DNA of 64,000 nucleotides from Mayamaea pseudoterrestris (taxonomy: Eukaryota). The DNA lies in assembly GCA_027923505.1 (NCBI GenBank), contig BROI01000013.1:806001-870000 (forward strand), read 5' to 3'. Of this stretch, positions 50,018 through 61,507 are shown in pieces; positions within the stretch are counted from its first letter, which is position 1; each line of letters begins with the position of its first letter. The translations under genes were made by a program, and so were the position numbers. The notes under the pieces were generated by a model. That model did not search any database and was not told the DNA's origin. It was given only the letters and a program-made list of their open reading frames with translations.

Positions 50018-53000
50018 CTAATAGTTAGATTCCTTGAAGAGCAGGTTCTTTAAGTGCTTGCTTGCCGTAGCCCGTGGAAGAAACTTGGTAAGTACATCCG
50101 CCGGGTTTGTCGTTCCCATGATGTGGTTGAAATTAATAATTCCCGCCGCAATCGCTTCGCGTACACGGTGAAATGCCAGTGCATTGTGTCGCTTCGTCAG
50201 ACTAGAGTGCGGTAGGTTGCTGCTTTGCGTTACCGACTTGTTGTCTCCAAACATCCATGAAGGTCCGTCGAGCGGAACTCCCAACATGCGTAGCGTGAAG
50301 CGAAGATCCATGATCTGCTCCGTGCTCACTCTCGCTGCTACAAACTCCGAGCCGTACGTCGCCGTCTCGACCGTCGCTTGGCGTTTCGAAAACCAATCGA
50401 CGACTGTTCCATTCAACATGTGTAGCATGCCCATCGCTGCCCGTCCCGTCGTGTAATCGTGGTACAGGTTCGCATCTTCGAACGTTGACATTCGCACCGC
50501 CTTGCCGCGCGGCGTGGGCATGTTCCACGGAAGCTCTTCGCAGATCTTGCCGTACACACTGTAATCCCAATCCATCTTGTCAACTGTCGCGTATCGCTCG
50601 TCCGTTGGAATCGAAACGTTGAATCGAATCGCTCCATCCGGGTATCTTCGTAAGTATCCGCAAATATGCTTCAACCGTTCCAAGTGCCCCGCTCGTGGCG
50701 CAGCTCGGAATCTCCCCATAGTCATGACAGCACAGTGAATGTCGAATCGACATAAACTTACTGCCCATTGCAACGCACCAATTATCGATTGATACTTCGC
50801 AATTCCGTCGTCGTCAAGTTCTTTCGTTTCGTCGAGTTCCGGATGATCGCCGTCGCGTAGTGGACTTGTCTGCGGTCGCGGTTCCTCGCCGAACATTTCT
50901 TTGTAGTTCGCTAGTAGTCTTGTGACGTACTTCTTCGCTCCGAAGCAGAGTACGCCGTCGTCGTCTCGCCAAACGTCTGCGCCCAAATGATATGCCAATG
51001 GACCGACGCCCTTCAACTTGTAGTTGTAGTTCTCAATTAAAAGATCCGTTAGTTCCTTCGGATTCTTCATCGCTATCGCTAAATCGTCGACATACACACA
51101 AACGTATTCGTAGTGCGTGCCTTTATCGCGCATCCACACGTCCGGTTCTGCGATACACGGCATGAAGCCAATGTCGCGGAGCGTGTCTGCAAAGTGCTCG
51201 TGCCAGCGTGCGCCTGACGTGCGAAGACCGTATAATGCCTTCACGATCGTGAGCGTGTGACCCTCGAGCTCCCCGAACTCCGGACCTGCCACGATATAAA
51301 CCTTCTCTTTCGTTTTCGCTTCCAAGTATGCGTTGCCGACGTCAGCTGCCCACAGTTCCAGACCGTTGAGTTCCGCTAACATCGCTACCATTCGTAGACT
51401 TCGCAATGACACAACGCCCGAGTAAACTGAATCCTTCGGCGGCTCTGTCATATGTCCTCCTGCGACGAGTCGTGCTTTCCGTCGCAAATCGTGCTTGACA
51501 TCGAATATCATGTGCACGTTTATTCGTTTCCACGGCGCCGGCATAACCTTACCGACTCCTTGATCTGCGAACGTGTCGTAATCATTTATCTGATTTAATT
51601 CCGTTCGAATCGCATCCGTCCACAGCGTGTTGCCGTTGATCTCGTCGAGAGCTTTCGCATCTTTATAATTGCGCGGCAACCTTACGCCGAATTTGTAGCG
51701 TACGCCGTTTGCTTTCGATTTTCGTTTCGCCGCTGTTACCATCTGTCGAAACTTCTTTCGCTTCCGAGTGTAATGCTCCAGCTGCTTCCATCCTGGCTTG
51801 TCGAGTAAGCCGTGCTTGAGTCCATACTCTGCGATCGTTATCGGATCGTCCTTCTTCATGATCGCGAGAGGCTCCCACGTCGTCGTTCCGTCAGTCCATT
51901 CGACGAGAACGTTACTTGAACTTCCTTTGTATGTCGGATCGTTCGGTTTCAAATTAAGCTCGTGTCCGATTACCTTCGTGAATACCCACTGAGTCGCCGG
52001 ATCGTTTCGTATATCTTCGTCCATCTGTCGTTCGATTAAATCCGACAGTTCGTTGTAACTTATTAAGTCTTTCGCTGGCTCCTCTCCCATTTGGATTAGG
52101 AAACCTTTCGTCGTTTCGAGTAGCTCGTTATCGCGTACTTCGATATATTCGCATACAGTCGCTCGCATTTTCTGACCGTTTTCGTGTTCCCTTACGAACG
52201 TGCGTCCGATGAGTTCGCTTGGAGAGAACAGAGGGCATTTATTCCCTGATTCTTGCTCAGCCCTTCTGAAGAACTTCGCTGGTACGTTGGCGTGGTTCGC
52301 CATCGGAATTCGTTTCGTCGACGTTTCCTTCGTAGTTGTCGTGACTACTTTCTGTCGCATGCGTGCTATGGTAGCGTCCTGTCGCGAGATCTGGAGTTTC
52401 AAAATTTCGCTCGCTTGCGCGTGTAGCTTCTTCAGAAATCTCCCTCCAGACTCAGGGAAGGAAGGCAACTCTCGTGGTAACAAGTAGCTGCGCGAGACCA
52501 CGTTGGAGCGCGGAATCGCCTGAAGCGTGTCGTCCGTCAGAACGAGAAAAGTCATGTGCGGACCGCTATTCTCTGCGATGCCCACGAATCGGCCGTTGCC
52601 AGATCGTACCGCCGAGGGAAAACTGCCCTGCGCCTCAAACGTGACCGGTTCCCACCACTTGAAATGTAACAAAGGCGAAATATCCGGCAGATTTCCGAAC
52701 GCAACTTCCGTTGGCGTGCGCCATCCCAGCGATTTCGTCGCGAGGACGTTCAGTATCATGATTACGAATTTAATCAGCAAAACCCAGCAATGGCCTGGCG
52801 AACCCGAATCTCGTTGGAGGTTCTCCATCATTGGCTTAATGTGCGACGTGTGACGTTCGCATGGATTTTGTTCTGGATGACCCGGTTCTGTGGTCACTTG
52901 AGGAATATTGTACATCCGACAGAGATCCTCACAGCCTTGCCAGTCTCCGACTTGGCATTGTCGCTGAGCAGTCCGTTAGGAGCGCCCACTTCGCGGATAA

Positions 53001-55809
53001 AATCCTCTAACGCGTTTGACATTTCGCTCTCCGACTTCATCGGGTAGCCGCGCGTGTAAAAACTTTCTCGTCCAACAAAGAGCTGCATCTTAGTAGCGCC
53101 CCCATGCCCTAGAATTCCATCATCCAAAGCTGGCGTGTCAGAGTGTATCGTGTCCGTGGCGAATAGTTCGCGCAACCGCTGAACGTTCGCGGCCGGAAAT
53201 CGTGATTTCGTGAGGTGTCGAAATGGTAATCGCGGGTGTGCGCTGAGATGATACCATGCTTCCGTGTGACGTAAAGTCTGTTGAACGCGCTCAGTCGGGA
53301 CCCATCCGAGGTACGGCCGAAGAGCATTATAGTCCGGTTCCTTGCTTCTTAGCTTCCGCAAATTAACGCGTGAAAACTGAGCGTGTCGCACGCACCGATT
53401 GATCAGTACGTCAAGTTCGTCGCCAGTGCGTGTCGGCGTGTGACGATTGCGGTGCGTGATACCGTCATCATCGAATCGTTCGTCGAAAGATCCATAATCG
53501 TGATCTCGTTCGTCGAAATCGTCGTGCGCGTGCTCGACATCGTAAACAGTCGAGTCCCACGGCACGTCCGACGTCATGATGACAGTCGGATACTTATCCA
53601 AATCATCGAACGTGGGTTTCGTCACGTCCAAGTACACCAGGCCATCGCGAATTGCCAATGGCAAAACGTAGCCTCCAATGTTCGTCGTAATTCGTTGCGT
53701 TCCGCCAAACATGGTCGGAATATCGTCGACGCGATGTCCCATTGCGCGCAATTGATTCGGGCAATGAATCGTCGGTCCGTCTCGCTTTAAAGCATACTGG
53801 TGACACAGAAGCAGAATGGTTTCGCCACTAAGGGTCTTTGCCAGTCCAGCTGCAGTGCCAATCTTGAGAGCTGGGACAATATGATCGTCAATACCAGTCA
53901 CATCCACCTCGGCGTTCGTTTCCGAAACGACGAGCATGTCTCCTCCGCATAAGCCTCCGTTCGCGCCGCTGTCGATGAGCGCGCCTTCGTTGATCCGCTC
54001 GTAGTGTGCGCGATTGACGCGCATACGACGATGCATGTTGAAGCTGAATGTACCTCGTCCGGTGTTATCAGTCGTCAACGATCCTGTCACTTGCTGAGTT
54101 GTAGTACTCGCATTGTTCGCTTGCAGAACCGATCGTGCAGCCGTTTGGACTGACATTCCACTATTGCCGGGCTGAATATTAATCGTGCCAGGAACGCTTG
54201 CGTGATCGTTCGCTACAGATTCCGTCGCGTGACGCTCTTGATGCGCCGCGTTGACTTGCGTCTGCGTCGTAGCCGTGCCTCGTTGGTTGCGCGGTCGCCA
54301 TCCGTTTTCGGGTGTCTTGGGCGCCGTCGCACGCTTGTCCTTCAACTGCTTTCGCTGATCAAACTTCATCTCCAACCAGACTTCATCCTTCACGCTCGCG
54401 TGAGGTTTCTTCATGATCGCTGCAAATCGTTCCGCCGATAAGCCGCTTGGAGTCGCGCCGCCATTGCCGCCGCCGCCTCCTTTCGTTCCACTAGACTGCG
54501 CTTGATTGATTGTGCGCTTAGTCTTCGTCGTCGATGGGTGTTTCTTGTCATACTTGATGCAGCACTCTTCTAAGTGCGCGTACAACTGCGCGAAATTGTC
54601 TTCCGAGTCGTGTTGCCCCATGTGTTTCTTGATGGCAATCATTCCGTCAAAACCTGCTAGTGATGCGCTGAATCCTGTGTGCTCGGAGAAAGCGTCGCGT
54701 AGCATGTCGTATCGTTGTAAACCTGTCAGAGCTTCTGCGTCCATTTCGAGCAGCCAGATGACTTTCTTGTAGAACAGTGCGAGAAATTCGATCGTCGGCC
54801 GTGACCACTTCTCGGTCAGCCGCATTCCCTGCAGTTCCGTTCGCGCGCGTTCCTTCTCGATGTGAGCAGTAGCGCCTTCTTCGTATCGCGTTCGCAATCG
54901 TTGGTAGACTTCGCGTCCGTCCATCGTCTTCTTGAACTGCTGTACTGCGAGTGATGCAGACGGAGTTCGACAGTGCGTGAGAAAGATCCTGTATACAAAC
55001 ACATTCTTCTTTGCATACGCCTTCTGTTCTTTCGGTCCCTTTTCCTTCGGGTCATAATCGTCGTCAAAGACTTCGTGGAAGTCATGCAATGTAGCGATGA
55101 CTTTCAACTCGGAAATCCACTGTTTCCACGAGGAATCCAGCTTCATTTCTTTACAATCCCTCGCCGAGAACTTGATAGACTTCGTAAATTGGTCTGAATA
55201 CTTCTCGTCGTCTTCGTCGTCGCCGAGGTCCAGTACGGATGTCGGTGACTGCTTCGTGTCCACGTTCACGCTCGTCGGTGGCACCTTGTCGGCCGAGTCG
55301 GGCTTCGACTCGTTGCCTTCGTTCGTTAGCGTGGAGTCCTTGGATTCGTCCTTCTTGGATTCCGTTTCGCTTTCCTTCGCTGGAGGTTTCGCTCCGCTTC
55401 CGCTGCCCACGCTCGCAATGTTGCGCGCTTGGACTCGTTCCTTCGCTCGTGCTGTGACGAACGTCGCCAGCGTTTCGGTGGTCAGTTGCGACCATGTCTT
55501 GATGTCCGGCGACTCTTGCGCCAAATACCATTCGATCGCGTTCGTGATCGTGCGTTGTTTCATCTTCGTTAGCGAGTGTTCGCTCGTTTCCTGCGTGACA
55601 TTGTCGCCATCGTCAGTCGTCGTCGTTGTCGTCGTCGTGACGTTCCACTTCGTCGCGAAATCGTCGTACTCCATCTCGATCAGTTGCGTAAGCGATTCTA
55701 CTCCGAGTTCGTCGAATAACTCCTTGAACTGAGGATCTTGGAAAACGCCTACGTTCTCTTCGTAAACATGCGCAAACGCCGCGTCTTTCTGCGCGCGAGT
55801 TTCCGCCAT
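50018..55809 (-). CDS. Copia B gag-pol polyprotein (~1,930 aa; one apparent 1-bp frameshift near 52925)
   Basis: ORFs 55869-52894 and 52915-50018 join inside integrase; first ATG at 55809 (MAETRAQ). Confidence 0.88.
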
Positions 55810-55959
55810 CGTTGTCGTCGTGACAATGTTCTTGCTATCACCTGCGGAACTTTCCGGGCCAAGAACCAACGTGCGTCCACGTTACTTCGTAAATCAATAG
55901 TACTCTTCGTCGATAAAGTCTCTATGCCGAGGCAATGAGTCTCAAGACAGTGTTAATCT

Positions 55960-56270
55960 TGTAACTTGTAAATCAAATCGTTGCACCTTTCGCTTGTAGC
56001 TGTCCTTGGATGGCCAATCCAAGCTTGCAGTTGCTACAATACGAGAGACGAATAAATCGCTTTCTTAACTCTTCAAGCTTAGTAAGTCTGCTTGTTTCTA
56101 CTCTATATCGCACTAGTTTCAGCAATATACTTGTTGAATCGCTTCGAAGCCGTCGCTGCCACGCATCACGCGATCGTGAGGCTGTGGTGAGCCGCGAGTG
56201 CCGCTGTGTCACCCTATCGGACATTCGGTGTGACTTGCCCGATTTTCGCTGTTTTCGTTCGCATCCTGCA
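55960..56270 (-). repeat. 5' LTR of intact Copia B (311 bp)
   Basis: Begins TGCAGGATG and ends AAGTTACA on the minus strand. Confidence 0.93.
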
Positions 56271-57977
56271 AAAGGAGCAACCGGGAAGGTCGAGTTGGAC
56301 TGTATGAGTTGAATGCATTGTTGTTCCGTTGGGAACGTGGACTGTAAGACTTGGATTGGCCAATTGCTTGTCGGTGTATGGCAAGTGGCACGAGATGTAG
56401 TGTCCAGTACATCCGGTATCTGCTATGGCTAGAGGTATAGGCGGGGAGGAGACATCAAGTTCATTTAACTCAAGCTTATTAAATGAACTACTTGTAGATG
56501 CCGTCCCTCCGGCCTATTCTCCTTGCGCGCGACTGCGTTGGTTGCGGTAGACGAAATTGGTTTCGTTGCCGCCCATCTTGTTGGCACTGGTGGCTGCCTC
56601 TTGGTGGCCTGGACTGCGACGGTTGCACTGCATGCTTGTATGTCCACAGTAGCCATGAGAATGACAGTACTTCTTGACGCGAGGAGCGTTGTTGCCGTTG
56701 TTGTTGTTGCCTTGGTTGTTGTTGTTGCCATGGTTGTTGTTTGGCGGTGGCGGCGGATTTGCCGGCGCACGGTGTGTCGCAGCGATTTGCTCTCGGACAG
56801 CAGCTGCGACAGCGGATGCAAAGTTTGCCTGCGCCAAAAATCCAGCGTCTGCAACAGTCTTCTCTTGGCGGCGAGCTTTGTCCACACGCTTGAGCCAAGA
56901 GACAAAGGCTGGCCAGGTTTCAGCAGCTTGCCCTGGGATCTGTTGCTCAATGGCGCGAGCGTGCAAGTCGGCTTTGAACTGGCCAGTTGCAGCCATGGCG
57001 GCCACGGCAAAACGGATGGAGGCGGCGTCCAACATCGGGTCGTTGGTTGCTGCAGCAAGGCAACGAATGCGCTCCATCTTGCCAGTGTACGTTTCGACAG
57101 AGTCACTGAGGTTGAACGGGTCGCTCGCCATGGCGTAGTTCGCCTCGATTTGCTGCGGCGTGGCGGTGCCGTACTCGTCCTTGATGTGCTGGCAAAGCTG
57201 AAGAATGGTGACTTCCTCCATACCCGTGGCGGGATCCTCCAAAGACTGAAGATAGATGGAAGGAATCGCCTTGACGACTTGCGCGATCAAAGCCGTGGCG
57301 ACCAAGTTGTTCTTGTTGAAAGCAGTGAGGTCGGCGTTGAACGCGCGGTTGGCCTCGGCGATCTGGGCGCCAGTAGCTCCTGCTGGAATGTCGAGCACTG
57401 GGAATGCCACAGGAGCATAAACTTGCGCAGAGCGTAGAGCGTACTCAGCTGGTGTGACTACCAAGTGAACGTGGCCAGCGCTGCCGTTGCCGTACTGACT
57501 GGTGACGGAGCGCGCGTTCTGGAGGAGCTCCTTGTCGAACTGGAGCGCCTCATCGAAGGTAATGGTGCCAGTAGAGCCAAGAACGGTGAGAGTTTCCAGC
57601 GGAAAGACAATCTTGGGGCTGCTTGAATCCGTCATGGTGACGAAGGGAAGAAGAGCGGAGGATCACACTCGGAGGGAAGAGCTGTGGTGGCTCGATTCGT
57701 TCAGTCGCTGGATGCAAAAGACGAAGGTGGTAACGTGAGTGCTCTTTAGATTGTTAAACGAAAGAGTCAATGATGTTACTTGCCGGATATTATCATATAA
57801 TTCACGTCTGTTGATGCCTCTATGGGGAGACACTAGGAATGATCAAAACGATTGACGTGAATTATTATGAGCGGCAATTGTCGCACTGCCTGCCGAGTTC
57901 TATCGCTACTTGTGACCGGTGGGAACCTCGGTTGGCTCGCTGATCTAACCGGCTGTCGCTGAGGCATAACTAAAACA
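56271..57977 (-). mobile_element. 5' fragment of a third Copia-like element (family C): putative LTR 57752-57977, gag and start of protease, interrupted by Copia B
   Basis: TGTT...AACA-bounded segment upstream of gag; protease motif AIADTGCTGHY at about 56400-56429; the frame ends at the Copia B LTR. Confidence 0.75.
56514..57635 (-). CDS. Retrotransposon Gag (family C), 373 aa
   Basis: ARSVTSQYGNGSAGHVHLVVTPAEY N-terminal motif and YCHSHGYCGHTSMQC...GHQEAATSANKMGG Cys/His knuckle resemble diatom Copia Gag; protease follows in frame. Confidence 0.8.
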   Translation of the reverse strand: MTDSSSPKIVFPLETLTVLGSTGTITFDEALQFDKELLQNARSVTSQYGNGSAGHVHLVVTPAEYALRSAQVYAPVAFPVLDIPAGATGAQIAEANRAFNADLTAFNKNNLVATALIAQVVKAIPSIYLQSLEDPATGMEEVTILQLCQHIKDEYGTATPQQIEANYAMASDPFNLSDSVETYTGKMERIRCLAAATNDPMLDAASIRFAVAAMAATGQFKADLHARAIEQQIPGQAAETWPAFVSWLKRVDKARRQEKTVADAGFLAQANFASAVAAAVREQIAATHRAPANPPPPPNNNHGNNNNQGNNNNGNNAPRVKKYCHSHGYCGHTSMQCNRRSPGHQEAATSANKMGGNETNFVYRNQRSRAQGE

Positions 57978-58199
57978 CATGTGCTAGGCAACGGTGGAGG
58001 CTTCACTTAGGTGGAAGCCGAGCCAGTGCAGCTTCCTTGGATACCGGATAAGGAACCCGGAAGTGGAGTATCAACATCAACACAATCGCGACAATCCGCG
58101 ACAGCTGTCAATCAGCACGATGGAGCGAGTGTGGCGTTTTAGGCAACATCTAACCGCACTACGTGACATAGACAACGACATGAAACATCAATCATAATC

Positions 58200-59582
58200 A
58201 TGTATATTCTTGGCTTGATTCTCTTGCTTTCCACCACGTTTTGCGTGCGCTCCAAACTGCGGAACGTCGCACAAGCTGATGGAGCCCTCGTCGGGGCCAA
58301 CGACGACTCTACCGACATATCATGTCCTCATCATTGTCTACAACAACATAGTTCGAACCATTCGACCAAAAAGCAAAACGGCTGTCGTATTTTCTATCTC
58401 ATTGTGGTTCACAACAACAGGACGCTCCATGACGCAGTGCATTTATTGCGTGCGATTCGAGATCCAAGAAACATCGTTGTTATACACGTCGACCAGAAAG
58501 CGAACGATCTGATAAAGAACAACGATTCCATTTTGCACAAGGAAGTAAAAGAATGTAGTTGCGGAAGCATCATGCGTTTGGAGTCTGTCTACAATGTCAA
58601 GTGGAGTGAGTGGAGCATGAATTTGCCGACTCTATGGGGGTTGCAGTTGGCAGTGACAGAGTACAAGGATCAGTGGGACGTCTTTATCAACTTGTCTGGT
58701 GACACTGTACCAGTATACTCGACTGAAATTACGGCGACGATGCTTTCCGACCTTCCTTACAACTTTGTCACGAGCAGCTCTTGCGAGACTGGCCTGCTGC
58801 CGACAAACGTTTATACCTTTCCTTCCTACTGGCATAAGCGCGCGCATTACACGCATTCAGACACATTGGCCGATCCAATCATCGAGCACATCCACCGAGT
58901 AGATAAATCCTGGCGGAACACGACGATACAGACATATTTTGGCAGCCAGTGGATGATTCTCCAACGCGACTTTTGTTCATGGGTGGTACAGCAACTTGGC
59001 GACCCGCAGAGCCTAGCTTCGCAGTATCGAGAATATTTGGTTAGTTCTGGGTTTTTAATGACAGACGAAACCTTTTTTCCATCGCTACTCATGCAGGTCG
59101 ATGAATTCTCACAGTCCCTGCCGCAGTTGGGTGTGGAGGGTCATCTTTTGTGGCGGAATGGATCGTCGTCGCAGATCAAGGCGGTGCGCTACGAACGCAT
59201 GGATGAACATGTACCATCCGCTTTTGGTCGCGTTCCATTGAACCAACGATATGAAGTGCCGAATGACACGAATGTCGATCAGCCTCGCCCATGGGGACCA
59301 TACTTTCTTGGTGTGTACGACCTGGCTGGTGTTCGTGATTCTGGTGCCTTGTTTCTACGCAAAGTCTCGAGCCTCGTCGACCATAACATGGTTAACCTTT
59401 TCCCCGTCAAGCATTCGAGTCTGATCCCGAATATTTCTTGGCCATTCCATGTGGAGCTAAGTGGCAAGCCTAACTGGGAACGGATCAAGGCGAAAATGAT
59501 GTTAGCACAGCGACAAGCGGCTGCCCATGACTTGAGCGAGCAGGATGAAATTGCTGAGGACATCGATGAAGAGGAATTGTAA
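58200..59582 (+). CDS. GT14 (Core-2/I-branching / xylosyltransferase-like) glycosyltransferase
   Basis: Signal anchor; IFYLIVVH, RNIVVIHVD, VKWSEWSM, WDVFINLSGDTVP, YFGSQW and DETFF are GT14 motifs. Confidence 0.85.
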   Translation: MYILGLILLLSTTFCVRSKLRNVAQADGALVGANDDSTDISCPHHCLQQHSSNHSTKKQNGCRIFYLIVVHNNRTLHDAVHLLRAIRDPRNIVVIHVDQKANDLIKNNDSILHKEVKECSCGSIMRLESVYNVKWSEWSMNLPTLWGLQLAVTEYKDQWDVFINLSGDTVPVYSTEITATMLSDLPYNFVTSSSCETGLLPTNVYTFPSYWHKRAHYTHSDTLADPIIEHIHRVDKSWRNTTIQTYFGSQWMILQRDFCSWVVQQLGDPQSLASQYREYLVSSGFLMTDETFFPSLLMQVDEFSQSLPQLGVEGHLLWRNGSSSQIKAVRYERMDEHVPSAFGRVPLNQRYEVPNDTNVDQPRPWGPYFLGVYDLAGVRDSGALFLRKVSSLVDHNMVNLFPVKHSSLIPNISWPFHVELSGKPNWERIKAKMMLAQRQAAAHDLSEQDEIAEDIDEEEL

Positions 59583-60306
59583 GCAAACGAATTATTATAA
59601 CCTTAATGCAAGCCTGCTGGTCTAGGAGATTGCTCGTCAAGGAAGCAAGAGTGATGCTTAAACGAGTTGCAGTGCGTCGGGTCGCGGCGATTATTCAAAC
59701 GAGTTGGAAATACAACCTGCCGTAAAGGCTTACTCAATTTATTAAGTGCTTTGCGCGGTCTCTTCAGAGTGCTTTGTTCTAAAGCACGTTGGGGGCACAA
59801 CGAAGCAGCGTGCTTTGTTACCGTTCTTCCGGCAACTGCTTTCCCAGCTTTAAGAGAGCTACTGGAGGGTTGGGCGTGTGTCACACTTGTCCCGACTGAT
59901 GTACCATCAAGCAGTCCATATCTTTCAAAACATATACGCCTGGTAAACAAGTGGATGATATATTGGGAGGCGCAGCTGCATGGGAGATGTGGATCGTACC
60001 GCAGCTGTGTGTCCCTCCTGCGATAACCGAGATGCATACTTAATGCAAATACAAATTCGGAGTGCCCACGAGCCCATGAGCAAATTCTACAAGTAAGTTT
60101 TGCAGCTGCGGAAATCAATGGAATGACAAGTAATGATGCATTTCTTAAGGAATAGCGATGAAATACATTAAAGTACAGTGCAAAAAACTTTTGTAGTGGA
60201 CTGCGCGGCACCGCTGCACCCTTGGGCATTCTTCAAATTCACTCCCTGGTTGTCAACCCATCTCCAACGACCATGAGCTCCGTAAAACATGAGAAGTGTC
60301 GTCTCA

Positions 60307-61212
60307 TTAAGCGACTAATGAATCGACAATGCCCAGCGAAGGGAAACGTTCGCCAACACCCTGCACGCGTTCGTCCTTTGGCTCCATCGTTTCAACTTCG
60401 TCGTTTTCCACAGGAATGAGAGTCGGTCCTCCGGTAAGTTGTGGCAAATCGTCCTTTGACCCGTCAAACAGTATGATGGGATCGTTATCGCTTAATCGTT
60501 TGACTCCGCAGTAGACTCCACTGTCAATCTGGATATCGTCGTGGCAGAGTGCTTTCTCTGCCTCCAATCGACTCTCATACTGCAACGCCAACCAGTTTTG
60601 CCGACTCTCACCACTTGGACTCTTGTAATCAACGACGCGACCGTAGCTACTAAACTCGTTGAGCAAGGTTTTGAATTGCTCATGGGTAGTGTAGCCGTAT
60701 ACAAGGATCCAACAACCACTCGTGCCGACGATATCGCTTGAAGCAGAACCCAACAGGAGAAGATTGCTCTTGCTAGGCTTAACATTCTGATAAATGATGA
60801 AAAGGAGCTGCTGAGTCGTTCTTGCTACGATTGCAAAAATACAACAAGAGAGTTACTTTGCATCGCGACTCACCTCATTTGTGCCTGCATTAATGCTTCC
60901 AAAGTCACCACCATTTCCTAGGTAAATACTCGACTTTGGCGGCACAGATTTCTGATGGATGTTCTTCCGGTTGCGTAGTTCATTGGTTGGCGCAATCTTG
61001 AGTGGCATTTGGAGCGATTGAGGAGTCGAGATGGGGCTGCTGACAGGGCTGTTGCTTTCGCCCTTGCTCGTCCGAACCAGGGGAAGTCCACGAGCCAGGA
61101 ACGGATTCTCGAGTGAATTAACATCTTTCTTCTCGGACGAGGCCAACGGGGACTTGGAACGCTGCTTGAACAGAGCCGATGGCGGCGGCGAGGAGAAGGA
61201 TGTGGACGCCAT
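60307..61212 (-). CDS. Nup35/Nup53-like nucleoporin (MPPN-type RRM); exons 61212-60874 and 60786-60307
   Basis: Disordered S/P-rich N-terminus with PPKSSI, then WILVYGY...LLNEFSSYGRVV...NWLALQYESRLEAEKAL. An 87-bp GTGAGT...TATCAG intron keeps the frame. Confidence 0.75.
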
Positions 61213-61507
61213 GGCGAAAAATAAAGTGCTGCCCCTCTCACTGTCAGTCCGTTAAGTCGGACGGCTGTCGCACAGTCACTTGAGACAACTGTATGAAAAA
61301 GAGTGGCGTCAAATGACTTTAAATACATATGCCTAGCTCTTTGACATTCGCCTTTGAATGACCGATCCAACCATCCGGCAGATTGGGCACCATGATGATG
61401 TCGGATCGAACAACCTGTATCGGTAGCTCCGCATTCTATAACAACCGACAAGAGTATCGAAAGGAGTGCTTGTAGCAAAAGTGTGACTGGATCTCCACCA
61501 ACTAAAC

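Larger units (their letters stand above)
49689..56270 (-). mobile_element. Ty1/Copia LTR retrotransposon, family B (CoDi-like, chromodomain-bearing), essentially intact
   Basis: 311-bp LTRs with TG...CA; purine tract GAGGGGAG at 50001-50008; protease LIDSGAN, integrase (ATDT, SDNAKSE, QNPCER), RT (KARLVAGG, ALYG, YVDD), RNase H (EDAN, TYGSE, GDN, ADVLTK). Confidence 0.96.

Noticed and set aside
49702..50053. ORFs within the Copia B LTRs
   Set aside because: They recur only because the LTR is repeated; no protein features.
52894..52935. Programmed frameshift between the two Copia B ORFs
   Set aside because: The break is inside the integrase core. One extra G (AGG GAT CTC TGT CGG ATG = RDLCRM) fuses the ORFs, and the other copy has a different G-run length there, which points to a homopolymer error.
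59603..60229. 208-aa minus-strand ORF, and the many antisense ORFs over genes and TEs
   Set aside because: No motifs or typical composition; these are intergenic or antisense shadows of real coding frames.
60307..60350. Unusual C-terminus of the Nup35-like protein
   Set aside because: Removing one C from a CCC run gives ...ERFLRWALSIH*, an amphipathic end expected for this family; probably a sequencing indel.
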